64,000 nucleotides of DNA from an uncultured Bacteroidales bacterium. GTDB lineage: Bacteria; Bacteroidota; Bacteroidia; Bacteroidales; WCHB1-69. The position numbers were made by a program, and so were the translations under genes. Shown here piece after piece: positions 8,667 to 18,839 of this stretch. The notes beneath the pieces are model-generated. The model was not told the DNA's origin. It was given only the letters and a program-made list of their open reading frames with translations, and made no database searches. Within the stretch, counting starts at the first letter, position 1, and each line of letters opens with the position of its first letter. The stretch covers positions 6,005 to 70,004 of the forward strand of contig CAMVOL010000007.1 in the NCBI GenBank assembly GCA_947169105.1, read 5' to 3'.

Positions 8667-8912
8667 TTATTCATGAGACATATTTCCTAAGTCACGCTTT
8701 GATCTTATCAATAGAATAAACAAAAGCACCATAACCAAATTGCTGATCAAAAGGCAGATGGCGAGACTGTTGACGTGCAGGTAATAATTGGATTCTGTCA
8801 TACAATATTTGCCATCAAGCATTGCGTTGGTGTACATCAGAATTTCTGCAACCACTATGACAATGAAGGCGATAGTGGCGAGTATGGCGAATGTTTTTCT
8901 TGTTATTCTCAT
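8667..8912 (-). CDS. Small two-TM hypothetical protein
   Basis: 81-aa ORF with two hydrophobic helices. Confidence 0.65.
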   Translation of the reverse strand: MRITRKTFAILATIAFIVIVVAEILMYTNAMLDGKYCMTESNYYLHVNSLAICLLISNLVMVLLFILLIRSKRDLGNMSHE

Positions 8913-8962
8913 AATTTATTGTTTTTGGGTTTCTCTCAGACAGCGCAGAAACTCGTTGAGCG

Positions 8963-10177
8963 TTAATCTACAGATAGTCCTTCCCGTAGGAAACGTCTCA
9001 AACTGAGGTGCGTGATGCCGTCCGAGTCCTGCCGGCTGACCAACGGAGTCATAGAGATGACGTACTTCGGGTAGTTGTCCTTAATGGTTTGCAAGTTTCC
9101 GAACTCGCGCTCTCGCGTACTCTCATCAGCGATGATATACGAAGCCTGCACATATACTCGATGGCCTTCTGGCTTGGTGCATACAAAATCAATCTCACCA
9201 GCATGTAGTTGTCCCACAGTTACTTTGTATCCTAATCGGACAAGATGGTTGTAAACGATATTCTCAATCACCTTCTCAATGTCGCCCTCGCGCGAACCGC
9301 CAGCCAATGAATTGCGCAAGCCGTTGTCTTCGAAATAGAATTTGTCATTGTTTTCGAATAGTTTCTTGCCGTGAATGTCGTAACGGTTCACCCGATGAAT
9401 CAGGTATGCATCACAAAGTGCCTTCGTGTAGTTGATGATGGCCGTAGAGGTGATGCTTTCGCCTTGCGATTTCATATATTTGGCGATGCTGTTTGCCGAA
9501 ATGATTTTCCCGGCATTATCGGCCAAAAAGCGCACGAGGTTTTCAATGAACGGCACATTGCGAATCTGATTTCTCATGATTACATCTTTCAGCAACACAG
9601 TGTGATAAACGTCCATCTGATATTCACGCGAATCCTGCTCGTCAAGTCCCATTTTCAACAAGCCCGGCAGTCCGCCAAACTGGATATATTGCGATAAGGT
9701 GTCATCGGAATCTGGCAACTGATGGAACAGCATGAACTCTTCGTAGCTCAACGCTTGCACGTAAATCTCCTTGTATCGGCCGCCAATCAGGGTGCTCAAG
9801 TCGCTGCTGAGCATTTTCGAATTTGAACCTGTGACGATGATTTCAATGTCAGGTTCTTCGTAATAGCTGCGCACGCTCTTTTCGAACTCCTTAATATCTT
9901 GAATCTCATCTATGAGGATGAAATTCAGCTTGCTCCTGTTCCTCTTTGCATCAATGAAGTTGTTTAAGTCTCTGTATGTGACAATGTTGTCAAATTCTTT
10001 TTTTTCTTTATCAATGAAAATAATATTGGCGTTTTCGTCTTCGCTTATTTTATCCCGAAACATCCGCAAAATATAGCTTTTGCCAATTCTGCGCTGCCCC
10101 GCCAGAATAATGATGGTATCCTTGCCAAGATACCGCTCTATTTTATCAATATAGCTTTGCCGAACAATTGTTTTCAT
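8963..10177 (-). CDS. AAA_14 ATPase with DUF4143 C-terminal domain
   Basis: Walker A GQRRIGKS, Walker B LIDEIQ, IVTGSNS, C-terminal EIDFV...YVQ; start trimmed to MKTIVRQ. Confidence 0.9.
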   Translation of the reverse strand: MKTIVRQSYIDKIERYLGKDTIIILAGQRRIGKSYILRMFRDKISEDENANIIFIDKEKKEFDNIVTYRDLNNFIDAKRNRSKLNFILIDEIQDIKEFEKSVRSYYEEPDIEIIVTGSNSKMLSSDLSTLIGGRYKEIYVQALSYEEFMLFHQLPDSDDTLSQYIQFGGLPGLLKMGLDEQDSREYQMDVYHTVLLKDVIMRNQIRNVPFIENLVRFLADNAGKIISANSIAKYMKSQGESITSTAIINYTKALCDAYLIHRVNRYDIHGKKLFENNDKFYFEDNGLRNSLAGGSREGDIEKVIENIVYNHLVRLGYKVTVGQLHAGEIDFVCTKPEGHRVYVQASYIIADESTREREFGNLQTIKDNYPKYVISMTPLVSRQDSDGITHLSLRRFLREGLSVD

Positions 10178-10248
10178 ATTTTTATCTTTTACAAAAGAAA
10201 TTTTCTGCAAAAATACAAATTTTATCTTTTATGGAAGATAAAACTAAT

Positions 10249-10318
10249 TTTTCCCGCAGACTGCACATAAACACGCAGGTCTTTTTCTGCGAGAATCAGC
10301 AATTTCTGCGGGAAAACA
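10249..10318. repeat. TCTGCGGGAAAACA hairpin repeat family (other copies about 391-450 and 1281-1337, partial 8931-8960)
   Basis: 12-bp inverted repeat TTTTCCCGCAGA / TCTGCGGGAAAA; identical 14-mer at 437, 1315 and 10305. Confidence 0.7.
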
Positions 10319-10335
10319 ACTGGCGGGAGAATACG

Positions 10336-10887
10336 TTACCCCAGATATTTCACGAAGGCATCGGCTTGCTCTTTCAGGGCGGCGCGCTGGTCGTCGGTGA
10401 GGATCATCCGGCCCTCCGTCCAAGCCTCCGCGTTGAGGATGACGCCCGTCTGCGGGGCGGCCATCACGTCGGCTTTGATGAAGGTGAGCAGTTCAGTGAG
10501 CTTCTCGCGGCACTTGCCCGTCGCCATCTGGCCGCCCGCGCCGCTCAACGCCACCTTTTTGCTGTTGATGACCGTCGGTGTGGCGAAGTCGTAGGCCACC
10601 ACCGGGCGCGAAAGCCAGTCCAGCACGTTCTTCAGATGCCCCGGATAGCTGAAGTTGTACTCGGGCGTGAAAATCCAGAGGCCGTCGGCCTTGGCCACCG
10701 TCTCACGCAGTTGGACCACCGCCGCAGGTGCGGGATACTCGATGTCCTGGTTGAGCAACGGCACGTCCGTGTAGTCAAGATAGGTGATTTCGGCTTTGCC
10801 AGCCAAATACTTTTCCGCCTCCTTGGCAAGCAGACGGTTGAATGAATCTTTTCTCAAAGAACCCACAATAAAAAGGATGTTTTTCAT
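10336..10887 (-). CDS. NADPH-dependent FMN reductase
   Basis: GSLRKDSFN, FTPEYNFSYPGHLKNVLDWLSR. Confidence 0.92.
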   Translation of the reverse strand: MKNILFIVGSLRKDSFNRLLAKEAEKYLAGKAEITYLDYTDVPLLNQDIEYPAPAAVVQLRETVAKADGLWIFTPEYNFSYPGHLKNVLDWLSRPVVAYDFATPTVINSKKVALSGAGGQMATGKCREKLTELLTFIKADVMAAPQTGVILNAEAWTEGRMILTDDQRAALKEQADAFVKYLG

Positions 10888-10949
10888 AATAATCTGATTT
10901 ATAATTTATTGATTTGTAACTCTCAACTTTCCATTTTCCATTTTCCATT

Positions 10950-12206
10950 TTAATTGTATCTTCCCACGAACTCCCGAACTATCCGGAATATCGGCTCGTA
11001 CGTGTCGAACAAGGCGTTTTCGTAGGTGTCGTGAACCGTGTGGTAGTACTTGAAGGCGTCGCCTTCCTCATTCTCAAAGAAGATGCACGGCACGTGCCGG
11101 ACGGCGAACGGATAATGGTCGCTGTTGCCGGCCAACTCGCCACGGTTCAGTGACTTGAAATGGTGCTGTTCGTCATTGATTTTTTCAAATAGGGCAAAAC
11201 CGCTCATCCCCTCATCGCTCACTTCGCAGTATTGCACGGGATTGTTATCGCCGATCATGTCAATATTGAACAGATACTTGATTTGCGCCAGCGGCACGAT
11301 GGGGTGTTCGGCGTACCACTCCGAGCCGCGCAGGTTGGCATCCTCGCCCGAGAAAGCGATGAAGTACATGTCGTATTCGGGACGGTTTTGGACATAATAG
11401 GCGGCCAAGGTCACAATCGCCGCCGTGCCGGAGGCATTGTCGTTGGCTCCGGCATAAAACACATCTTTGCCGAGATTGCCGAGGTGGTCGTAGTGCGCCG
11501 TGAAAACGTAGCAGCTGTCGTGTCGGCGGCCTTGCACCTTGGCGATGACGTTGAAACACTCGTAGTCTTTCAAGAACTTGTTGTCGATATTGACCGTGAT
11601 GGTTTTGGCATCCTTCGGGAAATCGGAGGTGGCCCAGATGACGGGCTTGCCCATCACCCGCTCGCCGTAAGCCTTGTAGAACTTCAGCAGCGGCGGCCAC
11701 GTCTGTATCATCCCGGCATTGTTACAGCTTGTCCCGCCCCATATTTTCTGAAAATCCTCATAGTGCTTGTACGAGAACCAAAAGTCGCACACCACGAAGC
11801 AGTCCTTGTACTCGGGTTTGGCGAGATCGCTGAACATCTTGGCAGCATCGTAATGGTTGGTATCTACGTAATAAAGTTTGTAGGTGCCGTGCACGCCCGG
11901 CGAATACTCGCGCATGGAGAAATCCACCCCCGGAGTCAATGTACGGCCGTCCACCGACATCTCCATTTTCTTCGGAAAAGTGTTGATGTTCAGTTTGAAG
12001 GGCTGACATATCACCTCATCGGCACCGGTCTTCTCAAACTCCTTTTTCAGATATTTACCAGCTTTGTTGGCTCCACCATACGCATAGCCGCGTCCTTGGT
12101 ATTTTGCGGAACTCAACTCCTTGACAATCTGTTTGTAATGGTTCAAATCCTGTGCGTACAGCTGCACGGAGGCGAAGGCAAGGAGGAAAATCAATATCTT
12201 TTTCAT
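10950..12206 (-). CDS. M28-family aminopeptidase, secreted
   Basis: Signal peptide; AHYDHLG, GANDNASG, SGEDANLRGS, SDH and YHTVHD zinc-binding motifs. Confidence 0.92.
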   Translation of the reverse strand: MKKILIFLLAFASVQLYAQDLNHYKQIVKELSSAKYQGRGYAYGGANKAGKYLKKEFEKTGADEVICQPFKLNINTFPKKMEMSVDGRTLTPGVDFSMREYSPGVHGTYKLYYVDTNHYDAAKMFSDLAKPEYKDCFVVCDFWFSYKHYEDFQKIWGGTSCNNAGMIQTWPPLLKFYKAYGERVMGKPVIWATSDFPKDAKTITVNIDNKFLKDYECFNVIAKVQGRRHDSCYVFTAHYDHLGNLGKDVFYAGANDNASGTAAIVTLAAYYVQNRPEYDMYFIAFSGEDANLRGSEWYAEHPIVPLAQIKYLFNIDMIGDNNPVQYCEVSDEGMSGFALFEKINDEQHHFKSLNRGELAGNSDHYPFAVRHVPCIFFENEEGDAFKYYHTVHDTYENALFDTYEPIFRIVREFVGRYN

Positions 12207-12283
12207 AACCGAGGGTATTTAAATGTTCAAGAAATGAATTTTCCCATTAGACGGGCGGCGGAGGGAAAAACTACAGGGTCAGT

Positions 12284-15200
12284 CTAATTCCCTTCTAATG
12301 TCAGCTTGCAGGGGAGGTGCTTCGGGAAAAGTTCTACGAACGATTCGGCGTCCACCCGCATCTGGTAGTCATAGAGGTCCATCGTGAACTCCTGTCCGTC
12401 GGCGACGACCGTGAAGACGATGGGGGTGCGTCCTGTACCGCGCTGCGCCTTCTTGCCGGCGGCGTGTGACTTCTCCACCGTCTCTTTGATGATGTTGGCG
12501 AGATTTTCGGAAACGTCCTTGATGCCGATGCTGACCCGCACACGATTGCATATTTTGGTGAATGCGTCACTCAGATAGATGATGTTCAACGGCTTGAGTC
12601 CATACTGCTTTTCCATGCCTTCTTTGGTGAAACGCTCCACCACCTGCGCCGTCACCAACAGGAACTGTCCCGGCTTGAAGAGGTGGTCGTACCGAGAAAA
12701 GTCCTCGCTGAACAGCATCCACTCGAAGGAGGTGTCGTAGTCTTCCAACGTGATGATGCCGTAAGGTTTGTTGGTTTTGGTGATCTTGTCCTGCCGTTTG
12801 GTGACGAGGGCGGCGAAGGAGAGTTTTTTGTTAGCGTACTTGCCCCATTCGCTGCGGTTCTCGATGGTGGTCAGGGTGGTGTTGGTGAAGCTCTTGATGA
12901 TGAGGCGGAACTGGTCGAGCGGGTGGCCGGAGATGTAGAAGCCGGCGATTTCGCGCTCGCGCTGGAGCTGCTCGTAGGCCGTCCACCGTTCACATTCGGG
13001 AGCGGTGGGGGAGGCGCCTGGGTCGGCTTCTCCCGCCGGCATGTCGTCGAAGATGGAGAACTGCACCTGCTCGCCTTGGTTCTGCATCTTGTTGCCGTAG
13101 GCAATCAGTTTTTCGGTGAAGGTCTTGCCGTCTTTGTCGGCGGCAAAGAACTGGGCGCGGTGCAGACCACTGAAGCTGTCGAACGCGCCGACGGCGGCCA
13201 TGCTTTCAATCATCCTCCGGTTACAGGAACGGAGGTTTATCCTTTCCACGAAGTTGAACACGCTGGTGAAGTTGCCATTGCGGTTGCGTTCTTCTATGAT
13301 TTCGCTCACGGCGGATGCTCCGACGCCCTTGAGCGCGGCCAGCCCGAAACGGATGGCACCTTCCTTGTTTACCGTGAATTCCAGCTCCGATTCGTTGATA
13401 TCAGGCGGTAGGACGGCGATGCCTTGCGCCGCGGCCTCCTCTATCAGTTCGGTGACCTTCTTCAGGTCGTTGATTTCAGTGGTCATGTTGGCGGCGAGGA
13501 ATTCAGCCATATAGTTGGCTTTCAGCCATGCCGTCTGGTATGAGACAAAAGCGTAGCAGGTGGCGTGCGACTTGTTGAAGGCGTAGGAGGCGAACTTCTT
13601 CCACTCCTCCCAAATCTGGTCCAAGTCTTCCTTGCGGTAGTCTTTCTGCGTGCCGCCGTAGATGAACTTGGTCTGCAACTCCTCCATCAGTTTCAACTTC
13701 TTTTTACCCATGGCTTTACGCAACGTATCGGCCTGACCGCGGGTGAAGTCGGCGAGGAGGCGCGACAGCAGCATCACCTGCTCCTGATAGACGGTGATGC
13801 CGTAGGTCTCGTCAAGGATTTTGCCCATTTCGGGGATGGGGTACTTGATCTTTTCGCGACCGTGCTTTCGGGCGATGAAGGAGGGAATGTTGTCCATCGG
13901 GCCGGGACGGTAGAGCGCTACCATAGCGATGATGTCCTCGAAACGGGTGGGCTTCAGCTCGCGGAGGTATTTGCGCATTCCGGCACTTTCAAACTGGAAG
14001 ATGGCGGTGGTGTCGCCGTTCTGGAAAAGCTTGTAGGTGGGCTCGTCTTCGAGCGAAATCCCGTCGATGTCGATGTCGATGCCGTGCCGCTTCTTGATGT
14101 TGTTGAGGGTGGCGGTGATGATGTCGAGGGTCTTGAGCCCGAGGAAGTCCATCTTCAGGAGGCCGGCCTCCTCCACGAGGGAGCCTTCGTACTGCACCAC
14201 CATCGTGTCGGAGTTCTTGGAGGTGGCGAGGGGGATGCAGTCGAAGAGGTTGTCGCGACCGATGATGACGCCGCAGGCGTGGACGCCGGTACCGCGCAGG
14301 GTGCCGTCGAGCTTGCGGGCGAACTGCAGCGTGAGGCGCGTTTTTTCGTCGCCGTGCTCGAGGTAGTTCTTCATTTCGGGGATGGTCTTGATGGCCTCCT
14401 CGATATCGACTTTTCCGCCTTCGGGAATCAGTTTGGCGAGGGTGTCGCTTTGGTTGAGGGGCAGGTCGAGGGCGCGGGCGCAGTCGCGGATGGCCGTCTT
14501 GCCCTTCATCTCCATCAGGGTCACGATGACCGCCACCTTCTCCTTGCCGTACTTCTGGCTGACGTACTCGATGGTCTTTTCGCGGCCGCTGCCGTCCATG
14601 TCGATATCCATATCAGGCAGGGAGATACGGTCGGGGTTAAGGAAGCGCTCGAACAGAAGGTCGTACTTGATGGGGTCTATGTTGGTGATGTTCAGGCAGT
14701 AGGCGATGGCGGAACCGGCGGCGCTGCCACGTCCCGGCCCGAAACGGATGCCGTTTTTGCGGCCCGCTTCAATGAAGTCCAGCACAATCAGGAAGTAGCC
14801 GGGGTATCCCATCTTGCCGACAGTCTCCAGCTCGAACAGGAGCCGTTCCTTGATTTCGGGGCTGTAGTCGTTGCCCCACCGTTTGCGTGCGCCCACCCAT
14901 GTGAGGTAGCCGAGGTAGTCGAACTCGTCGGTGAACTGCAACTCCTTGATCTGCCGCAAGGGTGCGGCGAAATCCTCGGAGTAGGGGGCGTAGTCGGGCT
15001 CGTCACGGAAGCTGGCGGGCACTTCGAAGCGGGGCAGGGTGGGGTCGTGCTTCAATGAGATGACGCTGATCTTGTCCACGATATGCTGGGTGTTTGCCAG
15101 CACTTCGGGATGGTCGGAGAACAGCTCCTCCATTTCGGCGCGGGTGCGGAAGTACTCCTCTCCGGAGTAGGCCATCCCGTTGTCTGCCTCCTCGTCAGTG

Positions 15201-15970
15201 GCAATGGCCCCCGTGACGTACTTTTTTCCTGTATTGATGCAGATGAGCATCTTGTGGGCTTCAAAATCCTCTTTATCCACAAAATGCACATCATTGGTGG
15301 CAATGCAGCGGACGTTGTGTTTTTCAGCTAGTTGCAAAAGGGCCTCGTTTACTAACAGCTGCTCCTTGTGCCCGTTGCGTTGCAGCTCAATGTAGTAATC
15401 GCTGCCATAGATGTCCTTGAATTCCTCCACGATACGGTCGGCCTCCTTGAGGTCGAAATTGACGGGCACGGTGCCGTCGTGCAGCGACGGGTTGGCCCGC
15501 ATGATGGCTTGGGGCAGTTCGCCGCCGAGGCAGGCGGAGCAGGCGATGATGCCTTTGGAGTACTGCCGCATAATCTCCTTATCGACACGGGGTTTGTAGT
15601 ACTCGCCTTCAATCCAGCCGAGGGAGACGAGGTGACTGAGGTTGCGGTAGCCCTCCATGTCTTTGGCCAAAAGAATGAGGTGGTCACCGCTGCGGTCACT
15701 TTTCACATCCTTGCGTTTCAGCAGGCGGCTTTCGCGGGCCACATACACCTCGCACCCGATGATGGCCTTGAACGGGTCTTCCTTGTGTTCCTTGTTGAAC
15801 TTCTCCACCTCGCTCACGAAGGCGTAGATGCCGTACATGTTGCCGTGGTCGGTGACGGCCATGGCGCGCTGTCCGTCGGCGTAGGCTTTCTTGATGAGTT
15901 CGGGTATGGTGGCCAATCCGTCAAGGATGGAGTACTGCGTGTGAACGTGCAGGTGGGAAAAGTTACTCAT
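12284..15970 (-). CDS. dnaE: DNA polymerase III subunit alpha
   Basis: PHP motif HLHVHTQYSILDG, GRGSAAGS, PDMDID, YAFNKSHA; start trimmed to MSNFSH. Confidence 0.98.
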   Translation of the reverse strand: MSNFSHLHVHTQYSILDGLATIPELIKKAYADGQRAMAVTDHGNMYGIYAFVSEVEKFNKEHKEDPFKAIIGCEVYVARESRLLKRKDVKSDRSGDHLILLAKDMEGYRNLSHLVSLGWIEGEYYKPRVDKEIMRQYSKGIIACSACLGGELPQAIMRANPSLHDGTVPVNFDLKEADRIVEEFKDIYGSDYYIELQRNGHKEQLLVNEALLQLAEKHNVRCIATNDVHFVDKEDFEAHKMLICINTGKKYVTGAIATDEEADNGMAYSGEEYFRTRAEMEELFSDHPEVLANTQHIVDKISVISLKHDPTLPRFEVPASFRDEPDYAPYSEDFAAPLRQIKELQFTDEFDYLGYLTWVGARKRWGNDYSPEIKERLLFELETVGKMGYPGYFLIVLDFIEAGRKNGIRFGPGRGSAAGSAIAYCLNITNIDPIKYDLLFERFLNPDRISLPDMDIDMDGSGREKTIEYVSQKYGKEKVAVIVTLMEMKGKTAIRDCARALDLPLNQSDTLAKLIPEGGKVDIEEAIKTIPEMKNYLEHGDEKTRLTLQFARKLDGTLRGTGVHACGVIIGRDNLFDCIPLATSKNSDTMVVQYEGSLVEEAGLLKMDFLGLKTLDIITATLNNIKKRHGIDIDIDGISLEDEPTYKLFQNGDTTAIFQFESAGMRKYLRELKPTRFEDIIAMVALYRPGPMDNIPSFIARKHGREKIKYPIPEMGKILDETYGITVYQEQVMLLSRLLADFTRGQADTLRKAMGKKKLKLMEELQTKFIYGGTQKDYRKEDLDQIWEEWKKFASYAFNKSHATCYAFVSYQTAWLKANYMAEFLAANMTTEINDLKKVTELIEEAAAQGIAVLPPDINESELEFTVNKEGAIRFGLAALKGVGASAVSEIIEERNRNGNFTSVFNFVERINLRSCNRRMIESMAAVGAFDSFSGLHRAQFFAADKDGKTFTEKLIAYGNKMQNQGEQVQFSIFDDMPAGEADPGASPTAPECERWTAYEQLQREREIAGFYISGHPLDQFRLIIKSFTNTTLTTIENRSEWGKYANKKLSFAALVTKRQDKITKTNKPYGIITLEDYDTSFEWMLFSEDFSRYDHLFKPGQFLLVTAQVVERFTKEGMEKQYGLKPLNIIYLSDAFTKICNRVRVSIGIKDVSENLANIIKETVEKSHAAGKKAQRGTGRTPIVFTVVADGQEFTMDLYDYQMRVDAESFVELFPKHLPCKLTLEGN

Positions 15971-16015
15971 AATAAAATGGTTAAATGGGGGGTGGTGTGC
16001 GTATGAACAACGCCG

Positions 16016-16056
16016 CAAAGGTACAATTATTTATTGAAAAATAAGTCGTACCTTTG
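16016..16056. promoter_or_regulatory. Back-to-back Bacteroidetes -7 promoters for dnaE (minus) and cysS (plus)
   Basis: TACCTTTG on the minus strand at 16016-16023 and on the plus strand at 16049-16056. Confidence 0.75.
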
Positions 16057-16076
16057 CACCCCAAATTTAAAAATAT

Positions 16077-17558
16077 ATGAAGGAATTTGACAACCAGTCC
16101 AAACTTGAGATTTTCAATACGTTAACGAAGCAGAAGGAACATTTTGTTCCGCTGAATCCCGGCCATGTCGGCCTCTATGTATGCGGACCGACCGTCTATG
16201 GCGAGCCGCACCTCGGCCACGCACGCCCCGCCGTCACCTTCGACCTTGTCTTCCGCTACCTCCAGCATATCGGTTATAAAGTGCGCTACGTCCGCAACAT
16301 CACTGATGTAGGCCATCTGGAGCACGATGCCGACTCCGGTGAGGACAAGATCGCCAAAAAGGCCCGCCTCGAACAGCTGGAGCCGATGGAAGTGGCGCAG
16401 TTCTACATCGACAGCTACCACCGCGCGATGGACGCACTCAACGTGAAACGCCCCTCCATCGAACCCCGCGCCTCTGGCCATATTATGGAACAGATTGACA
16501 TGGTGCAGCGCATCCTCGACGCCGGCTTCGCCTATATTTCGGAGGGCTCCGTCTATTTCGACGTGGCCAAGTTCGACAAGGAGTTCGGCTACGGGAAGTT
16601 GTCGGGCCGCAAACTCGACGAACTTTTGGCCAACACCCGCACCCTCGACGGGCAGGAGGAAAAACACAACCCCGCCGACTTCGCCTTGTGGAAGAAGGCC
16701 GCCCCCGAACACATCATGCGTTGGAGATCCCCGTGGAGCGACGGCTTCCCAGGCTGGCATATCGAATGTACCGCAATGAGCACCAAGTACTTGGGTGAAC
16801 AGTTTGACATCCACGGCGGCGGAATGGACCTCCTTTTCCCGCACCACGAGTCGGAAGTGTGCCAAAGCACCGTCGCTAACGGCGTGGCCTCCGTCAAGTA
16901 CTGGATGCACAACAATATGATTACCATCAACGGGCAGAAGATGGGTAAATCGTTGGGTAACTTCATTACCCTCAATGAGTTCTTCACTGGAAAACACCAG
17001 CTACTGGAGCAGGCATACTCGCCGATGACCATCCGCTTCTTCGTCCTGCAGGCGCATTATCGCGGCACCCTCGACTTCTCGAACGAGGCGTTACAGGCCG
17101 CCGAAAAGGGTATGGCGAAGCTCTACGCCGCCGCCGCACTCCTGCCGAAACTCAAGGCCTCCGACCACTCCGATGAGGACATCACCGCGTGGGTGGGCCG
17201 CTGCTACGATACGATGAACGATGACCTCAACACGCCGCGTCTCATCGCCGAGCTGTTTGAGGCCGCCCGCATCATCAACTCCGTGAAAGACGGCCGCATT
17301 GCCCTTACGCAGGAGGATTTGGACGACCTGACGAAGTACTTCGGCATCTTCTTCTATGACATTTTGGGAATGAAAGCGGAGGAAGGCCGCGGCAACTCCG
17401 AATACACCGACAAACTGATGGACCTCATCATCGACATCCGCAAAGACGCCAAGGCCAACAAGAACTGGACGGTCGCCGACCTCATCCGCGACAAGCTGAC
17501 GGAGATGGGCATCACCTTGAAGGACACGAAAGAGGGCACGACCTACGAACTCAACTAA
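16077..17558 (+). CDS. cysS: Cysteine--tRNA ligase
   Basis: CGPTVY...HLGH, PGWHIEC, KMGKS. Confidence 0.98.
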   Translation: MKEFDNQSKLEIFNTLTKQKEHFVPLNPGHVGLYVCGPTVYGEPHLGHARPAVTFDLVFRYLQHIGYKVRYVRNITDVGHLEHDADSGEDKIAKKARLEQLEPMEVAQFYIDSYHRAMDALNVKRPSIEPRASGHIMEQIDMVQRILDAGFAYISEGSVYFDVAKFDKEFGYGKLSGRKLDELLANTRTLDGQEEKHNPADFALWKKAAPEHIMRWRSPWSDGFPGWHIECTAMSTKYLGEQFDIHGGGMDLLFPHHESEVCQSTVANGVASVKYWMHNNMITINGQKMGKSLGNFITLNEFFTGKHQLLEQAYSPMTIRFFVLQAHYRGTLDFSNEALQAAEKGMAKLYAAAALLPKLKASDHSDEDITAWVGRCYDTMNDDLNTPRLIAELFEAARIINSVKDGRIALTQEDLDDLTKYFGIFFYDILGMKAEEGRGNSEYTDKLMDLIIDIRKDAKANKNWTVADLIRDKLTEMGITLKDTKEGTTYELN

Positions 17559-17561
17559 GCC

Positions 17562-18839
17562 ATGCCTGACCGCTCGCAGCAGCCGCCCGTACAGCAACTG
17601 GAGGGTTTCACCCCGCAGCCTCCGCGCCGCATCTCCCTCACCAACGGCGTGGTTCTCAGCTTCTTCGAGAACCGCTGCCTCGACCTGATACATCTGGTGG
17701 TAAGAATCAAAGCGGGAATCCTTTACGAGCCGCAGAAGCGCGTCGCCGCCTTCACCTACGAACTCCTCAAGGAGAGCCATCCCACGATGACTTCCGCTGA
17801 AATCGACGATTTTTTCGACTACTACGGCGCGACCGTCACCACGGTGTGCAACTTCGAGTATATGAGCCTCAACGTCCAGGTTCCGAAAAAGAATCTGGAC
17901 AAGATTCTCCCCGTGCTGGCCGATTTGCTGCGCACTCCCCGTTTCCAGTCCGACAATCTGGAACGTTACCGGGGAAAGAGCATCCAAGATTTTGAGTATT
18001 ACGCCCAAAAGACCGATTATCGGGCTTCCCAGCGGATGCTGAATGCCTATTTCGGCCAAGATTTTCCGTATGGAAAGATTTTGGAACGTTCTGATATTGA
18101 GGCGGTCACGTTGGAGCAGATGGTAGCGTACCACAAAAGCACATGCCACGCTGGAAACATCCGTCTGTTTGTAACGGGCAACCTTGCGGACGACGAGCTT
18201 TCGATGGTGGCGAAGAATTTTGAGACGCTGCCGGCAGGGGAGAAGGCGCCGTCACTGCCCGACGCAGGCGTGCACTTCGAGCCGTGCCGCATTGCCGAAA
18301 CGTGGGAGAACGCCCTGCAAACGTCGATGGTGCTGTGCCGCCCGTCGCTGCCGTATCTTGACGAAGACACGCACAAATACCGTTTTCTGACTACCCTTTT
18401 CTGCAACTACTTCGGCTCCAGATTGATGCAGAACCTCCGTGAAACCAACGGCTGCACCTATGGGGTGTCGGGTTCCACCCTCTATTATTCCGCCGGCTCT
18501 CTCTTTTCCATCGAAAGCGAAGTAAACAACGACAAGGTGGGGGTGGCGCTGGACGAGTGTTTCAAGGAGATGCGGCGCATTTGTGACGAGCAGGTGGGCG
18601 ACGAAGAGCTGGCGCTGGTACGGAACTATCTGGTGGGCAATTCCTTGCGGTCCATCGACGGCACCGTGGCCTACATGCAGACCTATATGCCGTGGGACGA
18701 CTTCGGCTGCGACAGCACCCGTTTTAGCGATTTTCTGCAGGAAATCCGGCAGATTACAGCCACCGACGTGCAAAACTTGGCGCAGCGGCTGTTCCGACCG
18801 GAGGATTATACGGTGATAACAGTCGGAAATGTTCAATAA
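17562..18839 (+). CDS. M16 (insulinase) family peptidase, non-catalytic-type subunit
   Basis: FGSRLMQNLRETNGCTYGV M16 C-terminal motif; no HxxEH zinc motif in the N-terminal half. Confidence 0.8.
   Translation: MPDRSQQPPVQQLEGFTPQPPRRISLTNGVVLSFFENRCLDLIHLVVRIKAGILYEPQKRVAAFTYELLKESHPTMTSAEIDDFFDYYGATVTTVCNFEYMSLNVQVPKKNLDKILPVLADLLRTPRFQSDNLERYRGKSIQDFEYYAQKTDYRASQRMLNAYFGQDFPYGKILERSDIEAVTLEQMVAYHKSTCHAGNIRLFVTGNLADDELSMVAKNFETLPAGEKAPSLPDAGVHFEPCRIAETWENALQTSMVLCRPSLPYLDEDTHKYRFLTTLFCNYFGSRLMQNLRETNGCTYGVSGSTLYYSAGSLFSIESEVNNDKVGVALDECFKEMRRICDEQVGDEELALVRNYLVGNSLRSIDGTVAYMQTYMPWDDFGCDSTRFSDFLQEIRQITATDVQNLAQRLFRPEDYTVITVGNVQ

Noticed and set aside
2000-10300. Intact mobile element (ICE, prophage or IS)
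   Set aside because: No integrase, relaxase, transposase, phage structural gene or flanking direct repeat is identifiable; it is treated as an accessory patch only.
13565-15058. Long antisense ORFs (also 39796-41154, 52019-53374, 58666-60006, 28481-29584, 32944-34011)
   Set aside because: They are shadow frames opposite well-supported genes, expected with high GC3, and show no recognisable motifs.
12284-15970. Intein in DnaE
   Set aside because: The length is ordinary, and there is no Cys/Ser...His-Asn splice junction or LAGLIDADG motif.
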